A stretch of 64,000 nucleotides of DNA, taken from positions 45,074,001 through 45,138,000 of the forward strand of contig OX597815.1 in the NCBI GenBank assembly GCA_951406725.2, read 5' to 3'. Both the position numbers and the translations under genes were made by a program. Source of the DNA: Octopus vulgaris (Eukaryota). Numbering within the stretch: the stretch's first letter is position 1; every line of letters begins with the position of its first letter. The notes beneath the pieces were generated by a model. It did no database searches. It was not told the DNA's origin and saw only the letters and a program-made list of their open reading frames with translations. This document shows, piece by piece, positions 55,550 through 64,000 of this stretch.

Positions 55550-56310
55550 CACTGTATCTTGCGAAGGATGTGGGTTGTTCCTTGCAGGGCTATTTGTTAG
55601 ATAATGTGTAGTATTGAGAGTCCAAGTATATCTTGCTTCTAATTTGTATTCATGCATTTTTTTATCATACCCAATGCTCCAATTATTACTGTAATTGTTT
55701 CACCTTCAACATCTTTTGGGGCAATAATTCGGTCAGAAGGGTCTGCGATATCTATCAGTAAGCAGATGTCCACCACTCCATCCTTGATTATCATGTCTCG
55801 GCGATTAGCTTTGATTTCTTTGTCAGTTTGAACAGACATATTCCAGATGATTTTGGTCTGGTCGTTGTCATGTATCTTGTTTGGCACATGTTTATACAAT
55901 TTCTTGTTAGTTCTTATGTTGTAGTGTTCCCATATTGCCCAGTAGATATAGCTACTTACTCGGTTGTGTCTGTATATATATTTAGATTTGGCAAGGACTA
56001 GACAGCCAGAAATGATGCGGTCATCTGTCTCATAGTACTGGTTGCATGTTATGCATTTAGTGTTCGGACCTGTTTTCATTACTTTTATAGCTATTTATGA
56101 TCAGGCATTAGTTTTGTCAGCGAAAATCGGTCCTCCCGTTTCTGCTTTTAGTTCAGGCACTTTTCTGCTGGTCGCCAATGCGTATCTCCAATTCCAGTAT
56201 CCTTCAGCTTCTTAGGTAGCAGTTTGTATGTCGCGCCAAGTTGACCAACTATCAAAGGAACAATTATCACCTCTCTATTCCATAATCTCTTCATCTCTCT
56301 GGCACGGTGA
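55550..56310 (-). mobile_element. R4/Dong-like LINE fragments (zinc finger and restriction-like endonuclease)
   Basis: CITCNQYYETDDRIISGC...RHNRV...IIWNMSVQTDKEIKANRRDMII...LLIDIA. A second C-terminal piece lies at 56148-56310. Confidence 0.85.
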
Positions 56311-57019
56311 TGATAATGATGATACTTTTGTAATTTTCTGTAGCTTTTTTTTTTATTTGGAGACTGTATGTGTTTTCTTTCAGTTAGAAACAATAGCTTA
56401 TTCTCTGGTTTCTAAACCTGTTGCCGTCGCAGTTTCTATCAATGTATACACATTCATTTGTTTATCTCTTTTTAAAGGAATCTAGTTTCATATTCAACAC
56501 TGCGTTAGGTTTATTCTTTTTAAATTTCAGTTTCATCTAAGGATTATATCATTCTGTTTGTTTTCTCCTTGTGTGTAAACAGAAATATGTTTCCGTTGTT
56601 CATATTCTTCTTTGTTACTTATTATTTATTTTTTATTTAAGAGTTTTTGTTTCCTTTCTACGAAGTGGCTAGTATGAGCAGAAAGAATTTTTCGAATTGG
56701 TGCTACATATTTTATATTTTCTTAGGGATTTAGTCGTTTGGTTTCTGGATATCGCTGTAGTAACAGTGGAAGAAGTAGAAGTAAAAAGAATAAAAATAAA
56801 AGAAGTAAATTGCGACTGCTTTACTTTCTTAATATTTGAGAATGTTTTGTGACTACAAGTTCTGAATATTACCATGTTACTAACAAGACGTTATGAAGAG
56901 AATAATAAATAGATTTTAATCCTTTTATTTATTTGCACCAAGTTATGCAGCTTAACGATATTTCGCATAATAATAATAATAAAATTTCTTTAAAAATAAT
57001 AATAGTAATAATAATAGTT

Positions 57020-58154
57020 TTAACATCATTAACTGGAATCTTAAAGAGCTCCAACGCCTGGACAGGAGGACAAGAAAACTACTAACATCTAAGAACATGC
57101 ACCACCCAAAAGCAGACGTTGATCGTTTGTACCTACCCAGAAATAACAGGGGAAGAAGAATGATGTAGGTAGAACTGTGCTATAAGACCTCCACAATAGC
57201 AATGAACAAGTACTTATCTAGTACAGAAGACTGGAAGCTGCAGCTTATGTGCAAACACGAAAGCAGCAAAAAATCACATTCTATTGTCAAGGGAACTTGG
57301 CATTAACCCTGAATTAGACGAAGAACCTGAAACCACTGCCACAAAACAAGCATAACGGATCGAGCTGAGTGCGGGCAGAAATAAATTGAGGAGCAATTGA
57401 ACCAGAAGCCTCTGCATGGACAGTACATACTTCGAAGTTGAAATGCTGATGTAAACCAAATAACAACTCATCAGTGGTTGAGAAGTTCATGAGACTTTAA
57501 GCAGAGACTGAAGGTTTCATACTGGCAGCACAAGATCAAAGCTTGCTTACCAAAAACTACCAGGCTAATGTTCTTCAAAACGGTTCTGACCCTGAATGTA
57601 GATACTGCGAGACATTTGACGAAACAATAGAATGTCTCGTTTCGGGATGTCCTGTGCTGATACCAAACGAATACAAAAATCGCCACGATAGGGTAAGACA
57701 GTATTTACATTGGAAAATATGCAAACACTACATAATCAGCACCCCTGCTTACTGGTATGAACATCATCCTGAGCCGGTCGTTGAAGGTAAAACTGTCACT
57801 ATCTTCTGGGATTTTCCAGTAAACACTGACAGAACGATTGAGGCTAATCGACCAGACATTATTAATGAAGACACGGAAGAAAATACTTGTAGACTAATAG
57901 ATGTAAGTGTTCCCAGTGATAAAACTATAACCGTAAAGGAATTTGACAAATTAGGTAAATATAAGGACCTGGAAATTGAAATACAAACGATGTTGCATGT
58001 TCCTGTTAGTGTAGGAGACCTAGGTATGATAAAAAACAAAGAGGGATGTCAGAAACATCTAGATAAACTCCCAGGAGAACAATGTCTCAGAGAAATCCAA
58101 AAGATTGTGCTGACAAGTACTGTCCGCATCCTTAGAGAAACCCTACCAGTTTAA
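57020..58154 (+). mobile_element. R4/Dong-like LINE 3' fragment
   Basis: MHHPKADVDRLYLPR and CRYCETFDETIECLVSGC...RHD...NRPDII...LIDVSVP...KYKDL. TAA-rich upstream flank. Confidence 0.92.
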
Positions 58155-59619
58155 ATATCTGTGTTGTATGACATAAAGATATTTCGCTACTGCCACTGCC
58201 ACTACTCCTCCCCAAGCTCTCAGGCATACTGTAACATCTCTTGTCCTTCAGTCGCCCTAGGATGCTGGATGTGTTTCGGCAAGTGATACTAACAAACATG
58301 CAGATTAAGTTAAAAAAAAAAATAATAATATTTCTGCTCTATGAGAGCAGAAAATGGGAGGAGATACGTCAATTACATCGAACCCTGTACTCAACTGCTA
58401 CTTACTTTATCGACCCCGAAAGGACGAAAAGCAACGCGGCGTGAACAAAGGCGAAATGCCGCTAACCATTTTGTCCGCCAGTTCGCCACCTTAAACAACA
58501 AGAACAACAACAACAGAAGCAGCAGCAACAGCATCAACAATTATAATGGTTTCAGATTCTGACGCAGGGTCAGCAATTTCGGTGGAAGATCTAAGTCGAT
58601 TACATCGACTCCAGTACTTGTTCATCGACCCCGAAAGGATGAAAAGGCAAAGTCGGCCTCGGAGGAATTTAAGCTCAGAAAGTAAAGATCCAGGAGACAT
58701 TCCGCTAAGCGCTCTATCCGGTGTGCTAACGACTTTCCCACTTGCCTCCAATAATAACAATACCAGTCGTTACTAAGGAATTACCGGTGCGTTAACAGTT
58801 TTTAAATTCAATGCTATTAGTATCTATGAATTTTAAGTAGCACTATATGTAATATATAGATGTAATTATCTTGTGCTCATATACAATATAGACGTAGACA
58901 GAAAATGGTTATCAACCGGGCAAGACGAAACCTTCTGTTGAGATTTTATTAGCATCTGAGTACCAACTTTAGCTATCCACAGAAATGCTGCTTATAAATA
59001 AATCCATTATTACTGAAAACTCAAGGAAGTCGAATAAACCGATTTACGCATATAGCGCATCTTGGCAATCATTTCGAGTTAAAAATCACCGATAATTTAA
59101 TATTCCGTTTTAATGTTGTAGTGCATAAACTGAACATATTTATATATTTTAGCCAGAATTGCATGTATACTCAGATGTAAGTACCAGGATTGAAAGTAAT
59201 CTGGAGGAGCATGTTTTCTGCCTACGAAGATGCTATATAAGGATATATTGATTATATCTGTGAATGCATACAGTGTTAGTTAAAATGTCTCTATATTTTC
59301 TGAAACACTGTATACTACAGTGACAAACGAAATATACACCGCCGGAAGTGGTTGTTGACAAACAACAGCAGTAATTTCATTCAGCTGAATACACGTCATT
59401 GATTGGTTGACATTACCGAAATGCGACAACTTTAACAAGAAATAACTTCCAAAATACAGAATTTTCTCAACAACGCCAAGAGTAAAATATGTTTTATGTG
59501 GCACATTCTACAAGTATACGAAGTTTGAAAGTGTTTAGTTGCAAAAAATTATTTTAAAAATCTGTCAGTCAAAAGGTAAAGATCCGAAATACAACTCATG
59601 AGAATAAATCTTTTACCTT

Positions 59620-59995
59620 TTACTTGTTTCAATTATTAGACAGCGGCAATGCTGGGGCACTGCTTTGAGGAATTTTAGTCGAACTAATCAACCACAGTAC
59701 TTATTTTCTTTTCAAGCCAGGTATTTTTAAAGCCTGGTACTTCAATCGGTATTTTTAACATAACAGTTTAGTTACAGGGGACGTGAACACACCGGTTGTC
59801 AAGCGGTAGTGGGGAACAAACACATATACAAAGACACACATACGTAGTTTCCATCAACCAAATCCACTCTCAAGGCTTTGGTCGACCCGAGACTACAGTA
59901 GATGACACTTGCTCAAGGTGCAACACAGTCGGATTGGACCTGGAACCATGTGGTTTTGGAGCAGACTTCTTACCACACAGCCACACCTGCGCCTA
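59620..59995 (-). mobile_element. CORE-like SINE S2, diverged
   Basis: Reverse-complement similarity to 60501-60910. Confidence 0.75.
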
Positions 59996-60500
59996 TAAAC
60001 AACAAGAATAGAATATCAATGAAATGTAAGACTTATTTTTACAAAACAACAAAAGTAGAGTAAAGTGGACAATGATGATGGCAGCAACTGTGGCAAGAAC
60101 ATCAAAAAGAAAGTTAAAAAGCAATACTTAAAAGTGACCTGAAAGCTAGAATGTCAATGACAACAAAAATGACATCAAAACCAATTCTAACAGCCAAAGT
60201 AACATTTAGGACACCGAAAATATGAGCGACAACCACAACAGTTATAACAGCACTAATAATGGCAAACCAGTTACAGTCACACTAACAACTACAACAGCAG
60301 CAGCAGGAGCAGCAGCAACAACAATAAAAATAACAGCAGCAACAACAACAGTAACTACATCAAGACTGGATAGTGATAGCACTTGCCACACCAACAGTAA
60401 TACAGTTATACAACAACGATGTTTACGGCACAAAATACAACAGGGACAGGCCCCTGCGCAAGGATGACACGCAAATTCGTGAAGCGTTCCATATTTTCCT

Positions 60501-60910
60501 AAGGCGCAGGAGTGTCTGTGTGGTAAGTAGCTGGCTTACCAACCACATGGTTTCGAGTTCATTCCCACTGCGTAGCACCTTGGGCAAGTGTCTTCTACTA
60601 TAGCCTCGGGCCAACCAAAGCCTTGTAGATTTGGTAGACGGAAACTGAAAGAAACCCGTCGTATATATGTATATATATATGTATGTGTGTGTATATGTAT
60701 GTGTGTCTGTGTTTGTCCCCCCAACATCGCTTGACAACCGATGGTAGTGTTTACGTCCCCGTAACTTAGTGGTTCGGCAAAAGTGCCCGATAGAATAAGT
60801 ACTAGGCTTACAAAGAATAAGTAAGTCCTGGGGTCGATTTGCTCGACAAAAGGCGGTGCTCCAGCATGGCCGCAATCAAATGACTGAAACAAGTAGATGA
60901 GTAAAAGAGA
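60501..60910 (+). mobile_element. CORE-like SINE S2, full length
   Basis: tRNA-like head, CACCTTGGGCAAGTGTCTTC core, internal TA/TG tract, (TAAAAGA)-type tail. Confidence 0.9.
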
Positions 60911-61365
60911 TATGAGAATCGAAGGGAATGAGGGCAATCACAACAGTACTACACACAACACAGAAAAATACAGCATCTCTCACTCCGCTAAATATAGCGA
61001 CCAAATCTACGTTAAATCACTGCTAAGAATCTTTAAAAAGATTGGACACATTGCATAATGGATAAATTATAGATATGTTTTCACCAAAAAAACATAGAAA
61101 ACAAAACAAAAAAAAAAGGTGAACATTGAAAGGAATGTCTTTGATCATCGGTATGCATGCTTAATCAGGGTTGACCTGGATGGAACTAAACACCAACAAT
61201 AGAAATGATGACAACTAAAATTGTGTTTTTTGTAAATTATGACAATCAAGGCAAGAGTCAGACGGCGCCAAAATAGTCTTAAAATGTCTACCAGTAAGCA
61301 CACACACACACATACACACATCCACACATGTGTGTATGTGTGTGTGTGTAAATGTGTATGTGTAT

Positions 61366-61396
<31 letters not shown>

Positions 61397-61483
61397 CGCA
61401 ATACATATATACACTCACATACACACACATGTATACCTATGTATGTATTATGTATGCACACACACACACATATATAGAAGCAA

Positions 61484-61530
<47 letters not shown>

Positions 61531-61701
61531 CACACACACACATATACATATATAAACATATATGATTTTATTCTCATTATTATTGCTATTATTATTATGG
61601 TTGTTTTAATTAATTTATCAGATTTTTTACACTTAGCCAGCACGTTAGAATATGAATATCGGTGTGCGCTAAGTAAGCACTTCTAATTATTGGCGCGCAC
61701 G

Positions 61702-61760
<59 letters not shown>

Positions 61761-61960
61761 TTACATGTATGTAGACAGCAGTTTGCAATGTTTTACCAAA
61801 CAGGAAAACTTGAATTGTCACTAAATGTGACTAGAGTGTTAGAACACCAACATTGCTAGAATTAAGTGCTAAAATGGTCTAACGCTGTAGTTAAAGCCCA
61901 TAATTGTATACGTATGTATTGACAGAGACAGAATTGCCCGAAATCACCGGTCGAGAATTT

Positions 61961-62009
61961 CCTATACTGATCGGTCAGTTTCGGCTGATTCCATAGCCTC
62001 GTCAGCAGG
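61961..62009 (-). ncRNA. Type I hammerhead ribozyme, fully canonical
   Basis: CCTG-CTGACGA-GGCT-ATGGAATC-AGCC-GAAA-CTGA-CCGA-TCAG-TA-TAGG. All core nucleotides and three stems are present. Confidence 0.85.
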
Positions 62010-62179
62010 GACCACTTGACTCGGCATCTTCCGGACATGCTTTTCTGTATGTATGTATGTGTAGGCATGTATGTGGGTGTATGCGTATATATATGCATGT
62101 GTGCACATTTGTATGTATGTATGTACTCTGCATGTATGTGTGTATTTGTGTGTGTACCTCTGTTTATTCTTGAAAATCA

Positions 62180-62221
<42 letters not shown>

Positions 62222-62224
<3 letters not shown>

Positions 62225-62982
62225 TAGTTTTATTTTTATTTTTATAGCGTGCTTTCACTTCACTACCGAGCGCAGCTCTGTGTGCCTTGGGTATGTGCTG
62301 TGATTTGTTGTGATGCTCTGATGGTTATTGTATGGAAAGTGTTCTGCGTAGGATGTGTGCAGTGCCTAGTAGTGCAATTTTCTGTATGTTATATGTGTTT
62401 GTAAGTCCTGGTGTTTTTGTTATGTATTTGTCTGAATATTTTTTTATCATGCCTAATGCACCTACTATGATAGGAATTGTTTCTGTTTTCAGATTCCACA
62501 TTCTAGTTACCTCTATTTCCAGGTCTTTGTATTTTGAGAGTTTCTCCATTTCTTTTAGAGACACGTTGTCATCTGCCGGTACTGATACATCAATTAGAAA
62601 GCATTTTTTTCTTCATGGTCTCTGACAACTATATCTGGTCTGTTGGCCTTAATTTCTCTATCTGTGTGTATCGGCATATCCCAGAGTATGGTTGCTTTCT
62701 CGTTTTCTGTGACCTTTTCTGGTGTGTGCCTATACCATCTTTTTTCTGTTGTTATTCCATAATGTTGGCATAGCTTCCAATGTATGTAAGTTCCAACTCT
62801 GTCATGTCTGTGAATATATTCCTTCTTAGCCAGGACTGGGCAGCTAGAGATAATATGATTTATTGTTTCTTGTCCATCTCCACATATTCTGCAGTTACTT
62901 GTAATATTTCTTTTCATTACATGTTTTTGGTAATTTCTGGTGGGGAGGCTTTGGTCTTGTGCTGCAATTAAAAATCCCTCTG

Positions 62983-62985
<3 letters not shown>
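62222..62985 (-). mobile_element. R4/Dong-like LINE 3' end inserted in (TAA)n
   Basis: CRICGDGQETINHIISSC...RHD...NRPDIVV...KYKDLEIE...LGTAHILRRTL*. (TTA)n on both flanks. Confidence 0.93.
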
Positions 62986-63059
<74 letters not shown>

Positions 63060-63089
63060 GCGATGAAAACTCACAGCTTAATTTACTAG

Positions 63090-64000
63090 GTATGATGGAA
63101 AGTGTCAGCGGTCCACAGCTAGCAGACCAATGTGCCACTTGTTAATTGGTCATGCTTCAAGAACCCTGCGAAGAATTCTTGCAGTTCCAAGGAATGCTGA
63201 TTTTTGTAGGTGTTCTACCTTCACACTTGCACCAATCTTTTTTAGCCATGTTGGTAGTTGAGTACTGATACTTTCAAGTGCACCAATTGCTATTGGTATT
63301 ATGTCTACTCTCCTCATTGACCACAACCTTTGTATTTCCCACTTCAAATCGTCATAGTTGTCTATTTTCTTCTTCTTTCACATTTATCCTGTTGTGACCG
63401 GGGTACGCTATATCGATTAGCATGCAAGTTCTTTCTTTTTCATTCAATACAACAATGCCCGGTTTCCGAAGTGTGTAGTCGGGTGATCGCACTGGATCAT
63501 TGTATCCCACAGGATTTTGCAATTCTCATTCTCGGTGACTCCTTCAGGAGTTTTCTCATACCACGTCTTTGCTCTTAGTAGGTCGTGATGTCCACAGAGC
63601 CCTCAATGGATCATTTTTTCCACATTATCATGACGTCTTTTATATTCGCGTTGTGCTAATTTCAGGCACTCTCTAACGATGTATCATACCATTTCATCCC
63701 TCTCACCACACATTCTGTATTTGTCGCTGTCGGTAGTGTTGTCTATTCTACACTTCACATAGTTGGTCCTTAACGCTTGTTCTTGAGTTGCGCGTATGAG
63801 TGCTTCTGTATCTTCAGGTAATTCCTCCTCATCCATATCCACCGGTCTTCGCGTTCACATCTCTTGCAAACTGACCATGCATTTTCAATTTTGATGACGT
63901 CGGCCTTCTTCGTATGTTTCAACCATAGCACAACATTAACGGGAGGCAAGGAATTGGTCTGTAACTGTCAGCAGTATTTCCCTTTGAGTACAGCCTACTC
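63090..64000 (-). mobile_element. Second R4/Dong-like LINE fragment, decayed
   Basis: KWEIQRLW...IPIAIGAL...LQKSAFLGTARILRRVL. Ends next to (TTA)n at 62984-63059. Confidence 0.85.

Overview
AT-rich, repeat-saturated eukaryotic DNA, most likely from a coleoid cephalopod (octopus). That assignment is inferred from the tRNA-derived SINE families and the microsatellite load. No intact host protein-coding gene is supportable, and most listed ORFs are microsatellite artefacts. The window holds many SINEs (tRNA-Arg-like, CORE-like and Meta-domain families, several with clean target-site duplications, TSDs), R4/Dong-like and RTE LINE fragments, Tc1, mariner and hAT remnants, MITEs, and numerous Penelope-like element (PLE) pieces inserted in (TA)n or (TACA)n tracts. 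About nine type I hammerhead-ribozyme motifs sit in or beside these PLE-type pieces. The main finding is three hammerhead motifs (2466-2532 +, 23151-23228 -, 40745-40807 +) whose catalytic segments occur in a non-circularly permuted order. They share spacing and show covarying stems. All structures were read by eye, without folding or database searches.
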